NCBI GenBank assembly: GCA_025454395.1
Contig: JALOOM010000007.1
Coordinates: 3,874 to 67,873, forward strand
DNA length: 64,000 nt
From: Elainella sp. Prado103
GTDB taxonomy: Bacteria; Cyanobacteriota; Cyanobacteriia; Elainellales; Elainellaceae
Direction of reading: 5' to 3'
Made by a program: the position numbers and the translations under genes. A model generated the notes under the pieces. It saw only the letters and a program-made list of their open reading frames with translations. It made no database searches and was not told the DNA's origin. Shown here piece by piece: positions 20,531-32,231 of this stretch. How positions within the stretch are numbered: position 1 is the stretch's first letter; the number at the start of each line of letters is the position of its first letter.

Positions 20531-21577
20531 ATGGACTATCGGCAAGCGGGGGTGGATGTAGAAGCAGGACGGGCATTTGTGCAGCAGATCCGCAGTCTGG
20601 TGGAGCGCACCTACCGCCCGGAAGTGCTCAGCCAACTGGGGGGCTTCAGTGGCTTTTTTGCGTTGCCCACTGGCTATCAAGAACCCGTGCTGGTTTCGGG
20701 TACAGATGGTGTAGGCACCAAGCTGAAGCTGGCTCAGCAGACCGATCGGCATGACACGATCGGCATTGATTTGGTGGCCATGTGTGTGAATGATGTGCTG
20801 ACCTGTGGAGCAGAGCCCCTGTTTTTTTTAGATTATCTGGCGACGGGCAAGCTAGCTCCAGAGCAGATGACGCAAGTGGTGGCTGGTATTTCGACTGGTT
20901 GCCAACTAGCGGGTTGTGCTTTAGTCGGGGGTGAAACGGCGGAAATGCCAGGATTTTATCAGCCAGGAGAATATGACCTGGCTGGTTTTTGTGTGGGCAT
21001 TGTTGAGAAAAGCCAGATTCTGGATGGATCGCAGGTGCAGGTGGGGGATGTGGCGATCGGGTTGGCCAGTTCGGGAATCCACAGCAATGGCTACAGTTTG
21101 GTGCGGCAGATTTTGGCAGCGACTGGACACCAACTGGGCGATCGACCGGAGCAGTTGGGTGGGCGAACCTTGGCAGAAGAACTGCTGACTCCGACCCAAA
21201 TCTATGTCAAAACCATTCTGGCGGCGCGATCAGCCGGGCTTGAAATTCATGGCATGGCTCATATTACCGGCGGTGGACTACCGGAAAATCTGCCACGCTG
21301 TCTGGGGAGCAATCAATCGATTCGCGTCAATCCTCAGAACTGGTCAATTCCACCGATCTTTAGCTGGTTGGCGGAAATGGGATCGGTTGCGCCTCTAGAA
21401 ATGTTCAATACCTTCAATATGGGAATCGGCTATGTATTGCTGGTCTCACCGGATCAAGCCGACTCTACACTCCAATGGCTGGCTGCACAACAATTGTCCG
21501 ATCAACCGCTATTTGCTGGGGCGATCGGAGAGGTGATTCCTGGTGCAGGAGAATTAGTCTTAGAAGGTCTGACCTGA
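20531..21577 (+). CDS. purM: Phosphoribosylformylglycinamidine cyclo-ligase (AIR synthase)
   Basis: [10 protein letters not shown] start at 20531, [36 protein letters not shown]. Confidence 0.97.
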   Translation: MDYRQAGVDVEAGRAFVQQIRSLVERTYRPEVLSQLGGFSGFFALPTGYQEPVLVSGTDGVGTKLKLAQQTDRHDTIGIDLVAMCVNDVLTCGAEPLFFLDYLATGKLAPEQMTQVVAGISTGCQLAGCALVGGETAEMPGFYQPGEYDLAGFCVGIVEKSQILDGSQVQVGDVAIGLASSGIHSNGYSLVRQILAATGHQLGDRPEQLGGRTLAEELLTPTQIYVKTILAARSAGLEIHGMAHITGGGLPENLPRCLGSNQSIRVNPQNWSIPPIFSWLAEMGSVAPLEMFNTFNMGIGYVLLVSPDQADSTLQWLAAQQLSDQPLFAGAIGEVIPGAGELVLEGLT

Positions 21578-21752
21578 AAGTTGGCGATGCGGATGATCCA
21601 GGGGCAGAGCAGCCGATGGTCATCCATTAGTGGATAAGAATGATTGGATGAGAATAGGGCATCGCTCCCAAAGCTGATCGGTCTAGCTCCACTGCTAGCT
21701 TATCTAATAGCCCTATCCTTCATCCTGTTGCTGTTTTGTCTCGTCTCCCGTC

Positions 21753-23636
21753 CTACAGCTTGGTGCCACATTCCGGACAGAACTTATTGTGCGGTTCATT
21801 CTCCGCGCCACAGTTGCTGCAGACGACCACTTTCACCGTGTCTTCAACTTGAGGTTCTGGCAACCCCACCATCTGGGCATTGCTCTTGCCTGGAGCCACC
21901 ATCGGATAGCAGTTTTCATCGCGCTTAACGCGCACATCCAGCAACACCGGGCCTTTGTGAGCCAGCATTTCTGCAATGGCTGACTGGAGTTGATCACGAT
22001 CCTCTACGACCATGCCTTTCACACCAAAGGCTTCGGCGAGTTTGACAAAGTCGGGCATCCCCGGTTGCATATCAGAAGCAGAATAACGCTCTCCGTAGAA
22101 GGCTTCTTGCCATTGCCGTACCATACCCTGCCAGCCGTTATTGATGATCACGGTTTTGACATTGATGCCATACTGCGCCAAGGTGCCCAACTCCTGACAG
22201 TTCATTTGGAAGCTGGCATCACCGCTAATGCAAATCACCTCTTCATCGGCAACGGCGACTTTCACCCCCATGGCTGCGGGCATCCCAAACCCCATCGTGC
22301 CCAGACCAGCACTGGAGATCCAGCGACGTGGCCCCATCGTTAAGAACTGGGCAGCCCACATCTGGTGTTGACCGACATCAGTGGTATAGAAGGCTTGGGG
22401 AGCCTGCCGACCCACTTCAACAATCACTTCTTGCGGCGAGAGTTGGTCGGGATAGCTAGGAGCCATGAGTGGGTAGTCTTTGCGCCAGCGATCGATCCGA
22501 TGTAACCATTCCTGGGTCTGATTAGGATTCACGGTTTGTCCCGCTTCGGAATCGCGCCGCAGCAGCTCCATCAATACCTTGCGGACATCGCCCACGATCG
22601 GCACTTCTGGCACACGGTTTTTACCAACTTCAGCCGGGTCAATATCGATATGGATCACCTTGGCACGAGATGCAAATTCATCCAGCTTGCCCGTGACCCG
22701 ATCGTCGAAGCGAGCCCCTACGGCGATCAGCAGATCACATTCTGTCACCGCAAAGTTGGCGTAGGCCGTACCATGCATCCCCAACATGCCCACCGAGAGG
22801 GGGTGGTGCTCATCAAAAATCCCCAAGCCCATCAGAGTGGTTGTGACTGGAATGTTATATCGCTCGGCTAATTCCTGAATTTCAGCATGAGCACTAGAGG
22901 CGATCGCTCCTCCTCCTACGTAGAGCAATGGTCGCCGAGCTTCTCGAATCAACTTCAACGCTTGAATAATCTGTCTGGGGTTCCCTTTCACCGTGGGACG
23001 GTACCCTGGTAATTTCACGGAACCTGGTTCAACGGGTACGTAGTCAAACACTTCTGTCCCGACATCCTTCGGAATATCGATCAAGACTGGGCCAGGACGA
23101 CCGCTGGCAGCAATGTGAAACGCTTCGGCCACAATGCGTCCCATATCACGGGGATCGCGCACGACATAGGAATGCTTGACGATTGGGAGGGTAATGCCAT
23201 AGATGTCGGTTTCCTGAAAGGCATCACTGCCAATTGCGGCCCGAGTGACCTGCCCAGTGATGATGACTAGCGGGATCGAATCCATCTGCGCTGTCGCAAT
23301 GCCTGTGACAAGGTTGGTTGCTCCTGGCCCAGAGGTGCCAAAACAGACACCGACTTGACCTGTGGCCCGCGCATAGCCATCCGCAGCATGGGCTGCCCCC
23401 TGTTCATGGCGGACAAGAATATGTTGTAAACGCCCCGCCGTTTCAAAGCGGTACAGTTCATCGTAAATCGGTAGAATGGCACCACCAGGATATCCAAAAA
23501 TATGCTGAACGCCGTGGCGCGTTAGACTATCCATGAGCGCATAGGCTCCGGTGACGCGACTTGGGGCAGCTTCAGGGATCGGACTGGTTTTGCTGCTAGC
23601 TTGTGTTTGGGGAGGTGCAGGGAGGACTTTTCGCAT
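21753..23636 (-). CDS. ilvB: Acetolactate synthase large subunit with a C-terminal zinc ribbon
   Basis: [45 protein letters not shown] motif, terminal CSNCG..FCPECG. Confidence 0.96.
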   Translation of the reverse strand: MRKVLPAPPQTQASSKTSPIPEAAPSRVTGAYALMDSLTRHGVQHIFGYPGGAILPIYDELYRFETAGRLQHILVRHEQGAAHAADGYARATGQVGVCFGTSGPGATNLVTGIATAQMDSIPLVIITGQVTRAAIGSDAFQETDIYGITLPIVKHSYVVRDPRDMGRIVAEAFHIAASGRPGPVLIDIPKDVGTEVFDYVPVEPGSVKLPGYRPTVKGNPRQIIQALKLIREARRPLLYVGGGAIASSAHAEIQELAERYNIPVTTTLMGLGIFDEHHPLSVGMLGMHGTAYANFAVTECDLLIAVGARFDDRVTGKLDEFASRAKVIHIDIDPAEVGKNRVPEVPIVGDVRKVLMELLRRDSEAGQTVNPNQTQEWLHRIDRWRKDYPLMAPSYPDQLSPQEVIVEVGRQAPQAFYTTDVGQHQMWAAQFLTMGPRRWISSAGLGTMGFGMPAAMGVKVAVADEEVICISGDASFQMNCQELGTLAQYGINVKTVIINNGWQGMVRQWQEAFYGERYSASDMQPGMPDFVKLAEAFGVKGMVVEDRDQLQSAIAEMLAHKGPVLLDVRVKRDENCYPMVAPGKSNAQMVGLPEPQVEDTVKVVVCSNCGAENEPHNKFCPECGTKL

Positions 23637-23815
23637 ATTTAAATCTGTATCTGCTGATGCACAAACTTTACGAATAATGTTCAGTCTAGTTCTGAGGCGG
23701 TATTCCTGTCGAGGCTTTTATGGAAAACAAACCTCTACAATAAATAAGGAATAATCACTATCGTTCAGGGGGGTTCTGGTTCAAGCCAATTCAGCTTCAG
23801 TTAAAGCTGTCAAAA

Positions 23816-23931
23816 TTCTCTAACACAAAGTTCTCTAACAATAAAGTTCTCTAACACAAGGTTCTCTAACAATAAAGTTCTCTAACACAAGGTTCTCTGA
23901 CATCGTTCTCTCACACTCAAGTTCTCTAACA
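23816..23931. repeat. Tandem repeat, 8 copies of a TTCTCTAACA core with alternating 15/16 bp units
   Basis: ttctctaacacaaag, ttctctaacaataaag, ttctctaacacaagg, ttctctaacaataaag and so on, decaying toward the right. Confidence 0.9.
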
Positions 23932-24453
23932 TCTCTACCCTGATGAAGGTGAGGGTGGGAGATACAGCTCGTTTTAATCCTACCGTCAACTCTGGTAAAA
24001 CCTGATAGATTCCATAGATTCTATATTTTTGCGTGAATTGCTTTGACAGGAATGAGGTGGGATCGCTAGCTTGGTCTAATCTGAAGCATAGTGCCTGATT
24101 CTCGCCCATACTGATGGCACTGATCCGGCTGACATTGATTCTATCGATCCTGCTCGATCAGTACTCAATCAGTCAGCATTAAATCACTGAATCACTGAAT
24201 CACTGAATCAATCAGTACTGTTTCACTCATTGCTGTTTCACCCATTCTCCTGCGCTAATCCTGCTTGCTGTATCACCCGGCATCCTAGCTGTCTATCACT
24301 TAGCCTATAACTGCTTGTTTCATACCTGACTAAATGACTGTTCGATATAAACGGTTGGTTTGACAATTCAGTATAGATCCGGAAGATTTTCTGCGCTCTG
24401 TGCTGATGAGGCGATACAACCTGTAGCATGGCAATAATATTGAGCTGACCTCG

Positions 24454-25401
24454 ATGGGCGATCTCGATAGCTACTATAGAGTTCTTGGTTTAGAACCTGG
24501 TGCGTCTCTTGATGAGGTGAACCAGGCATATCGTGATTTGGCATTTGTTTGGCATCCCGATCGATTGCCGAAAGATAATCTACGCTTACAAGAAAAAGCA
24601 CAGCAAAAACTGAAAGAGCTGAATCAGGCCCGCGATCATTTACGTTCTCAGCGGCTGCATCAACCAAACTCAGCCTCTGGAAAAAGTTCCACCCCCAAAA
24701 ATTCCAGCTCTAAGCATTCCAATTCTCATAGCTCCAATTCCCATAGCTCCAATTCCCACAGCTCGGGCGGGCAAACCCATAGTCCGCGAGAGCCGCATCG
24801 TGACCCCCATACCCACCGTGATCCCCACCGCGATCCCCATCGTGATCATCATCGGTATGAGCCACGTACGCCGCCGCCCCGCTACCACAGCTATCAAGCA
24901 CCGCCGCCCCGTCATGCTAGCCAGTATCAGTCTACAAATGGCTCCTCTAATGGTGCTCACAATCATGCGAAGCCACCGGATTGGTATCAGACAGTCCCCT
25001 CTCCTCCCCCTCCCCAACCCCCCCCTCGCCCGCAACAGCCTGATTTAAGTGGGACGAATTTGAGCGGGGCTGATTTACGTGAGAAAGATTTCTCTGGGCG
25101 TAATTTAAGCCGTGCTAATTTAAGTGGTGCCAATCTCAGTGATGCCTTCTTGCACCGGGTCAATTTTTCCCATGCCGATCTGAGTGGAGCTAACCTGTTT
25201 CGAGCCAATTTGCTGGAAGCCAATCTTTCGAATGCCAATTTGCAGGGAGCAAACTTGATTGGAGCCGACTTGAGTGGAGCCGACCTAACGGGAGCTGATC
25301 TAACGGGGGCCCGGATCGGAGTTTCCGATCGACTGATGGTAAAACTCACAGGAACCAAACTTTCAGGTGTCATTATGCCGGATGGTAGTATTCATGCCTG
25401 A
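24454..25401 (+). CDS. DnaJ-domain and pentapeptide-repeat protein
   Basis: J-domain with HPD (WHPDRL), His/Ser/Pro-rich linker, A(D/N)LxG pentapeptide repeats. Confidence 0.9.
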   Translation: MGDLDSYYRVLGLEPGASLDEVNQAYRDLAFVWHPDRLPKDNLRLQEKAQQKLKELNQARDHLRSQRLHQPNSASGKSSTPKNSSSKHSNSHSSNSHSSNSHSSGGQTHSPREPHRDPHTHRDPHRDPHRDHHRYEPRTPPPRYHSYQAPPPRHASQYQSTNGSSNGAHNHAKPPDWYQTVPSPPPPQPPPRPQQPDLSGTNLSGADLREKDFSGRNLSRANLSGANLSDAFLHRVNFSHADLSGANLFRANLLEANLSNANLQGANLIGADLSGADLTGADLTGARIGVSDRLMVKLTGTKLSGVIMPDGSIHA

Positions 25402-26279
25402 AGCTTTCGCAGCTCTGGGCTACCTCAGTAGTTTTACGGTTTCCTTAAATTTAATGTTAAAAAAGTAACCTCAATTTTGAGGAATGAGCTGAAGGATCTG
25501 GTTAGCCTTGTGGGTAATCTATACATGGAGAACTGCAAGCCGAAGCAGCCCCTCAAATGGCTTGCAGAATGGGCTCATTAAATCAGCACCGTTTTGTAGC
25601 GATCGACTCACCGGGGATCGATCCCCAAGTGAGACCACCAGATTCTTCCGTAATGAACAACGTCATACAGTATCAGAACCTGTTTTTTATGGTAATGTGT
25701 CTTATATCTTCATAGCTACCTCATATAAAACACATCCGTTCTTCATATACCTTTAAAGAGGTATGACGATCTTGGGTGAAGGCTCTAAAGCTTACAAGCC
25801 TACACAGTCAGTGGTTTTACGGACAGTGATTTTGAGGGGTGAGTTCTGAAAGCTGCATGTTCTGATAGTCGCATTCGACCAGTCACGTTCGACCAGTCGC
25901 ATTTGACCAGTCACGTTCTGGTATTGCCTGTTCTGACAGCTTTTGATAGCGACATTCTCAAGAGGCATTCTCAAGAGATGTCCTGAAGGTTAAAGTTCTG
26001 AAGGTTGAGATCACTAGAGATCACTCATGGATTGCAACTATGTCTGTCGGCTGATTCATTCGCGGATTAGGTGATTTGACCGTTGAGCCCAAAAGTGTTC
26101 CTGCTGGCTTTGAGTCTATTAGGTTTATTGGTTTACGAGTCCGTAGGTTCGTTAAAGCACCCTCATTTAACACCCCCATTCCTGCCCCCATTCAAGTTGA
26201 GCAGGAAGTCTCGCTCACCGCTCTATTTGCTCACTCGCTCGTTTCTGGATTGATTTCCTAGTCCTCCCAGGGGAGTTCG

Positions 26280-26762
26280 ATGCAATCTTTAGATACAGCG
26301 AGAACGAAGGCAAGGTTTGAAGCTAATTTTGCATTTGGTGATCTAATGATGGAGCCGCATCGTCAGTGCATCGGACAATCCATATCAGCTTCGCTCTTTC
26401 GATCGATTCCACCGGAACGCATTGGGTTATCTGGAGAGTATGACCATCAAGGACTGGCTAAGCGAGTCAAGCTGGCTTTCCAGGAATTGGTGTTGAAGCA
26501 AGAATTATCTCGATCGGAAATCGAACGACTACGAGTGACGCAACGGGGCGCAGTCGTTGTTATTGTTGGATTTGTGCCCGATCAAAAGTTACTGATTAAG
26601 CTAGTCAATATCGCGATGGCCGTCAGTGGCACCGCAGATGTTGAAGTGAATGGCATGAGCGTAGGTTATAGCTTGAAGCGCTATCTGGAAGTGAAGCCAG
26701 CTCGCGAAACCCTGCTACAGATTCAGAAATTACTGATGCCACCTGAGCTAATGTCTTCCTGA
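26280..26762 (+). CDS. Cyanobacterial BON-like (phospholipid-binding) domain protein
   Basis: IPPERIGLSGEYDHQGLAKRV...LRVTQRGAVVVIVG..V.GTADVEV pattern; GGGAG ahead of ATG. Confidence 0.65.
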   Translation: MQSLDTARTKARFEANFAFGDLMMEPHRQCIGQSISASLFRSIPPERIGLSGEYDHQGLAKRVKLAFQELVLKQELSRSEIERLRVTQRGAVVVIVGFVPDQKLLIKLVNIAMAVSGTADVEVNGMSVGYSLKRYLEVKPARETLLQIQKLLMPPELMSS

Positions 26763-26916
26763 ATCGCATCTCGTGAATGCTCCTGGACTCTCCTGAACCA
26801 GGTCTCGCGAATCACAGTTGTTCGCGGCATTCATCTGGTGTGAATCAGATTTGTCAACTTCACTGCCGAGGTACTTGCCACGAAGGATGTCCGTGAGAAC
26901 TATCAGCCATGGGCAT

Positions 26917-27408
26917 CTAGGTGATCACAAACTCGATCCCATAGGTGGATTGTAAATCGCAAGTTTGATGATCGATCAGATTCGTATCACTCAACTCAAG
27001 GTTGTAAAAATCGATCGTATCTTGCTTGAAATATGGCCCTGCGTGCCAAGTGCCGACTTCCAACTTGATGAAGCAGTCTCCCGGAATCTGAAACGCCACG
27101 ATCGAGTCGGGAGCAGGCTGCGGAGCACCACTAGGTGGAGCAACGGCAATCAACCACTCTTGTCCTGCCAGGGAACCCAGACATTGCGTACATCGCTGAT
27201 GGCGAGTCATTTGCGAAAACCGTAAGCCTCGCTGTTGCAGCCGCATGATGTAAAAACGAGGCGTACCCTGACTAAGCTGTAACTGAGCATCGGTTTGATC
27301 AAAAGCTTTACCGTCTGGACTGGCAAAAATTACCTGTCCAAACGGCTGGAAGGCAGCGGGATTAATCGGCTGAGCCCGCAGAGATTGGACGGCGATCGAT
27401 TCAGGCAT
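26917..27408 (-). CDS. Ureidoglycolate lyase-like cupin
   Basis: FQPFGQVI, MTRHQRCTQCLGSL, GTWHAGPYF, FYNLELSDTN. Confidence 0.8.
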   Translation of the reverse strand: MPESIAVQSLRAQPINPAAFQPFGQVIFASPDGKAFDQTDAQLQLSQGTPRFYIMRLQQRGLRFSQMTRHQRCTQCLGSLAGQEWLIAVAPPSGAPQPAPDSIVAFQIPGDCFIKLEVGTWHAGPYFKQDTIDFYNLELSDTNLIDHQTCDLQSTYGIEFVIT

Positions 27409-27519
27409 GGGTCAGAGAGCTTGATTGCTTCACCTTACTTGCTTCACCTTACCAGGTTTCACTCACTCCAGTTTGACCCTATCAGGGGCTGGATCACAGG
27501 ACTGGATCACAGGGCTGGA

Positions 27520-28500
27520 TCACAGGTTTTTCTGCCAATCTTGCTGAATTCGATCGATGCCATAGAATTTTTGCCAAAATCGATCGACTAGCCGCGTTGG
27601 TAACACTTTGGTCATGAGCCACAGTAGAAGATTGCCGCCGGTTGCAGCCACATAGCGGGGTTGGGGATGACGATCGTGCAAGGCTTTGAGGATGACTGCG
27701 GCGACCTGTTCCGGAGACCAGGCCCGCTGTGTTAATCGCTGGTTCAACTGGGTCAGATCACTCAGCGCAGCCCGATAGGCGGTTTGGCTGGGATCGGTAA
27801 TCATTGATTCCAAGTGCTGATTGGCTGTCTCAAAAAAGTCGGTTTGCACCGGCCCTGGCTCGATCACACTAACTCGAATATTGAACGGCTCCAACTCCAT
27901 CCGTAAAACATCGCTCAATCCCTCTAAGGCAAACTTGGATGTGCTATACAAACCGCCGAGGGGAAAAGCCACCCGACCCCCGATCGAGCTGATATTGACG
28001 ATGCGACCACCACCCTGCTGCCGGAAGATGGGAATCACTTGTTGGATCAGGGTGATCACCCCAAACAGATTCACCTCAAACTGTCTACGCATTGCGTCCG
28101 GAGTGACGAGCTCGATCGGCCCCATCTGCCCATAGCCTGCGTTATTCACCACAGCATGAATCGTGCCAAACTTCTGTAGCGCCTGAGCCACCAGAGCGTG
28201 AATTTGCTCTGTATCAGCCATGTCGGTCGCAACTACCAGCACTTCTGCCCCCAAATCTCGGCAACGAGTCGCGATCGTTTCCAGTTTGTCCTGGCTCCGA
28301 GCCGCTAACACTAAACGAGTTCCGGAATATTGGGTTGCTAACAGGATCGGTAGGGCAGCACCGATCCCAGAGGAGGCTCCTGTAATCAAAATGACCTGTT
28401 GATGGAGCGTTAATGAATTGAAGGTCGATGGATTCAAAGTCTCTAAGTTGTTTGAAGTGGATGGGTTAGAGAGGGGTGAACTCGATAAACTTGATGACAA
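27520..28500 (-). CDS. Short-chain dehydrogenase/reductase (SDR)
   Basis: TGASSGIG, NNAG, YSTSK catalytic motif. Probable TTG start at 28500 after GAGGGAG; the ORF track extends to 28596. Confidence 0.9.
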   Translation of the reverse strand: MSSSLSSSPLSNPSTSNNLETLNPSTFNSLTLHQQVILITGASSGIGAALPILLATQYSGTRLVLAARSQDKLETIATRCRDLGAEVLVVATDMADTEQIHALVAQALQKFGTIHAVVNNAGYGQMGPIELVTPDAMRRQFEVNLFGVITLIQQVIPIFRQQGGGRIVNISSIGGRVAFPLGGLYSTSKFALEGLSDVLRMELEPFNIRVSVIEPGPVQTDFFETANQHLESMITDPSQTAYRAALSDLTQLNQRLTQRAWSPEQVAAVILKALHDRHPQPRYVAATGGNLLLWLMTKVLPTRLVDRFWQKFYGIDRIQQDWQKNL

Positions 28501-28732
28501 AACAAATCTCTCCCTCAGTGCAGCATCAATTAGTTTTAAGCTAGCAAAGCCAGCCCGAATCCAACAGCAACTAAACGGTAGATTTAGCAGGATCAATCCC
28601 CCATCTGCCGATCAGATTAAATTGTTCAAATTAGATTGTTCAAATTAGATTGTTCAAATTAGATCATTCGGACTAAATCATTCAGGCTAAACCATTCAGA
28701 CCAATCATGAGGGCAACAAGGACGGTTGAAAA

Positions 28733-29374
28733 TTGATTTTTGTTTATCTGCATGGATTTGCCTCCAGCCCTCGATCGGCCAAAGCAGAATACTTTCAAAC
28801 CTGTTTTCGATCGCGCCAGATCGATCTGCAAGTGCCGGATCTCAATCAGCCCAATTTTTCCCAACTCACCCTGACACGCCAGATTCAGCAAGTTCAAGCC
28901 TGTATTGCGGCTGCCAACCCTGAAGATCAGCCCGTGACGGTGATTGGTTCGAGTTTCGGAGGCTTGACTGCTGCTTGGGTAGCAGAACAATGTTCTCAAG
29001 TCCAATGCCTGGTTTTGCTCGCACCCGCGTTTCAGTTTCTCAGCCATTGGCAAGCTCGGCTAGGACGGGAGCAACTCCAACAGTGGCAACAGACTGGATC
29101 GATGGCGGTTTATCACTATGGGGCTGGCCAGATGCTGCCATTGGACTACTCCTTTGTCGTCGATCTGGGTAGCTATGAAGATGCCAAATTACAGCGATCG
29201 ATCCCGACCCTTATTTTGCATGGTAGTCAGGATGAGGTCATCCCAGTGCAAGCCAGCCGAGACTATGGGGCAACTCGTCCTTGGGTGCAATTGATCGAAC
29301 TCCCCAGCGACCACGCCTTAACTGATGTCACAACTGAACTCTGGCAACAGGTGCAAACTTTTTGCTGCCTTTGA
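28733..29374 (+). CDS. YqiA/YcfP-family alpha/beta hydrolase (esterase)
   Basis: YLHGFASSP, GSSFGG nucleophile elbow, HGSQDEVIP, SDHAL. Confidence 0.88.
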   Translation: MIFVYLHGFASSPRSAKAEYFQTCFRSRQIDLQVPDLNQPNFSQLTLTRQIQQVQACIAAANPEDQPVTVIGSSFGGLTAAWVAEQCSQVQCLVLLAPAFQFLSHWQARLGREQLQQWQQTGSMAVYHYGAGQMLPLDYSFVVDLGSYEDAKLQRSIPTLILHGSQDEVIPVQASRDYGATRPWVQLIELPSDHALTDVTTELWQQVQTFCCL

Positions 29375-29592
29375 CTGCGGCGGTATGCATCGTTCATCTC
29401 TGACCATCTTCCCGGTTAGCCTCGAACTTTTACCCTCACCTTTGCTTTCATCTTTTGTCCCAATTGCTTGAATCTTGTCCAACGGTCTGAACTTTGCCCA
29501 ACGATCTGAAACAAATTGCTGGATTTTGCGGTCAACCCGATCGAATGGCTCTGGTTCAGGTTGTAGTTCAGGTTGCATTTCAGGTTGCATTC

Positions 29593-30027
29593 ATGAGATC
29601 TCGATTGCTGACCTTAATACTGGCAGCCCCATTGCTGCTCACCATTCCGGATCGCTCTGAGCGCAGATTCGATCGCAAGATTGTAGACTTTAGTCGATCG
29701 GCACCGACAGTCGATCCGGCGGTCGCTCATGCGGCTCCTCGATCGCTACCTAGTTCTGATGTTAGCAGTGGCAACGATGCAAGTCAGGCAGCAGGTGATG
29801 GCTTCTGTGTTTCAGTGCTGCCATCTCAGCAAACCATTGTGCAATCCCAACCGAGAGCGGCCGAGGCGACGAGGAGTTCGGTTATTTTGCTCTATCCCCA
29901 GCGATCGAGTGGAGCGGTGTCCCAGCGATGGCTTTGTGTCAGCCCCCAGACCTCCGATTATATTGCCCTGGGTCGATCGATCCTGGGTCGAATCGCTCGC
30001 TTAGAAGGGTGGCGGCTGCGCGGCTAG
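29593..30027 (+). CDS. Possible hypothetical protein with a hydrophobic N-terminus
   Basis: ATG 29593 MRSRLLTLILAAPLLLTIP...; fills a 700-bp gap, but I recognise no family. Confidence 0.35.
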   Translation: MRSRLLTLILAAPLLLTIPDRSERRFDRKIVDFSRSAPTVDPAVAHAAPRSLPSSDVSSGNDASQAAGDGFCVSVLPSQQTIVQSQPRAAEATRSSVILLYPQRSSGAVSQRWLCVSPQTSDYIALGRSILGRIARLEGWRLRG

Positions 30028-30110
30028 CCAAAATCAGGCAGGATATAAAGTGGGTCAATCCGCCGTTAGAATGGAGAGTGCTCGATCCAGTCCAAGTTTA
30101 AGAGTAATTT

Positions 30111-31568
30111 ATGTCTGTTCGCGTTCGCATTGCGCCGAGTCCGACCGGCAATCTCCATATTGGCACTGCCCGGACTGCGGTTTTTAACTGGCTCTTTGCC
30201 CGTCATCAAGGCGGCACATTTGTGCTGAGAATTGAGGATACCGATCTAGAGCGATCCCGTCCGGAATATACCCAGAATATTTTGGCCGGTTTGGCCTGGT
30301 TGGGGCTGAATTGGGATGAGGGCCCCAGCTTTCAGACCGATCGGATGGATCTCTATCGCCAAAAAGTGCAAGATTTGCTCGATCGGGGCTTGGCCTATCG
30401 TGCCTATGACACGCCTGAAGAACTGGAGGCGATGCGAGAAGCCCAGAAAGCAAACAATCAAGCGCCCCGCTATGATAATCGGCATCGTAACCTTACCCCA
30501 GCACAGGAAGCCGCTTTCATGGCTGAGGGTCGTCAGCCGGTGATTCGCTTCAAAATTGAGGACGATCGAGAAATTTCCTGGCATGATTTGGTACGAGGCA
30601 CAGTGACCTGGAAGGGGCGCGATCTCGGTGGCGATATGGTGATCGCACGAGCCGCCAGTGCTGACGAAATTGGGCAGCCGCTCTACAACTTTGTAGTGGT
30701 GGTGGATGACATTGATATGCAGATTAGCCATGTGATTCGAGGTGAGGATCACATCGGCAACACGCCCAAGCAAATTCTGCTCTATGAGGCTTTGGGTGCA
30801 GCGGTGCCTCAATTCGGCCATACTCCCCTGATTCTCAACCAGGCGGGTGCGAAGCTATCCAAGCGAGATGGGGTCACTTCGATCTCCGACTTTCAACAGA
30901 TGGGCTACACTCCGGAAGCGATCACCAACTACATGACGTTACTAGGTTGGTCTCCGCCGGAAGGCATGGGCGAGATTTTCTCGTTGCCGGAAGCCGCTCA
31001 ACAGTTTAGCTTCGATCGGGTCAACAAAGCGGGCGCAAAGTTTGACTGGGACAAACTCAACTGGATCAATAGTCAGTATCTGCACCAGATGCCGATCGAT
31101 CAACTCACCGATCGGTTGATTCCCTATTGGCAAGCGGCAGGGTATGAATTGGATCCGGTGGGCGATCGGGGTTGGCTAGCAGCAGTGGCAGAATTAATTG
31201 GGCCCAGTTTGGCGCGGTTAGATGAAGCGGTACCCATGACGCGCTACCTGTTTGTGCCAGATGTGGGCTTTACAGCAGCAGCCACCACTCAACTACAAAT
31301 GGATAAGGTTGCCACCGCCTTAGCAGGAATAGCCACTGCCTTAGCTGCCGAGTCAAACCTGACGGCTGAGAATGTGCAGACCGTGATCCAGGCAGGCGTG
31401 CAGGCGGCTGGGGTGAAAAAAGGCGTGGTGATGAAATCTCTGCGGGCTGCTTTAACGGGAGATTTACAAGGCCCGGATTTAGTCCAGTCCTGGCTATTGC
31501 TGAATCAACACCAGTTGGATCGACCTCGGTTGCAGCAGGCGATCGCCCTAGGGGTTTCCTCACTCTAG
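30111..31568 (+). CDS. gltX: Glutamate--tRNA ligase
   Basis: [13 protein letters not shown] (HIGH-like), IRGEDH, KLSKR. Confidence 0.97.
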   Translation: MSVRVRIAPSPTGNLHIGTARTAVFNWLFARHQGGTFVLRIEDTDLERSRPEYTQNILAGLAWLGLNWDEGPSFQTDRMDLYRQKVQDLLDRGLAYRAYDTPEELEAMREAQKANNQAPRYDNRHRNLTPAQEAAFMAEGRQPVIRFKIEDDREISWHDLVRGTVTWKGRDLGGDMVIARAASADEIGQPLYNFVVVVDDIDMQISHVIRGEDHIGNTPKQILLYEALGAAVPQFGHTPLILNQAGAKLSKRDGVTSISDFQQMGYTPEAITNYMTLLGWSPPEGMGEIFSLPEAAQQFSFDRVNKAGAKFDWDKLNWINSQYLHQMPIDQLTDRLIPYWQAAGYELDPVGDRGWLAAVAELIGPSLARLDEAVPMTRYLFVPDVGFTAAATTQLQMDKVATALAGIATALAAESNLTAENVQTVIQAGVQAAGVKKGVVMKSLRAALTGDLQGPDLVQSWLLLNQHQLDRPRLQQAIALGVSSL

Positions 31569-31630
31569 GGATTGACTAGAGACTCACAAGCGACCCAAGG
31601 CTGAATTCATCAAAGCAGGAGCGGAGCGGT

Positions 31631-32146
31631 ATGGCGGGCAGACAGCAAAGACGAATAGGGCAGAGTCAGCGACTGGGCTGGGCAATCATGTTGGGTATGT
31701 TTGCCGCTCCAGCCACTCCACTGAAGGCACAGGAGAAAATCATCCCTTCCTCCGAAACGACCATTTTTGAAAATGTGACCCTTTCTCCCAGTTTTGCTGC
31801 GCCTGCTACCGTCCGGGGAATTAGCGGTGGGGCAATCCCCGCCAGTGAATTGCTTGGTCGAAGCGAAACCGAAACCGGAGCTTGCACCGGCTTTATCGAT
31901 CAACAGCCCGATCACCGCATGACCCTAACCCAATTTTTCAATTTTCTCAGCCTGGAAATCCAGAGTACCGACGATACCTCGCTGGTGATTCGCGGCCCCG
32001 GCGGTACCTGGTGTAACGACGATTTCAGCGGAAAGAATCCCGGTATGGCAGGGCAATGGCTATCCGGCACCTATGAGATTTGGATTGGATCGCCCCGTCA
32101 GGATGCCTACTTTCCCTATGTCATTCGGTTTTCCGAGCAGCCGTAG
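31631..32146 (+). CDS. Conserved secreted hypothetical protein (PPC-like beta-sandwich)
   Basis: Signal peptide; GACTGFIDQQPDH, DTSLVIRGPGGTWCNDD, GTYEIWIG. Confidence 0.75.
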   Translation: MAGRQQRRIGQSQRLGWAIMLGMFAAPATPLKAQEKIIPSSETTIFENVTLSPSFAAPATVRGISGGAIPASELLGRSETETGACTGFIDQQPDHRMTLTQFFNFLSLEIQSTDDTSLVIRGPGGTWCNDDFSGKNPGMAGQWLSGTYEIWIGSPRQDAYFPYVIRFSEQP

Positions 32147-32231
32147 GGTTTCCGAACCGCTGTGACTGCTGGCATGAGCCCTGTGGTCGGAGCGATGGCG
32201 TGCTCGTCGCATCAAATCTCTGATCTGCGCT

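Noticed and set aside
21644-21928. Hydrophobic 94-aa ORF
   Set aside because: It overlaps the ilvB 3' end in antisense, has no clear RBS and no recognised family. It is not fully excluded.
23816-23931. Possible CRISPR array (same question for 20372-20492 and 37581-37717)
   Set aside because: Units are 13-17 bp and abut directly, with no unique 30-40 bp spacers. There are no cas genes.
24670-25373. Minus-strand ORFs of 121 and 128 aa
   Set aside because: Antisense shadows of the repetitive DnaJ-pentapeptide gene.
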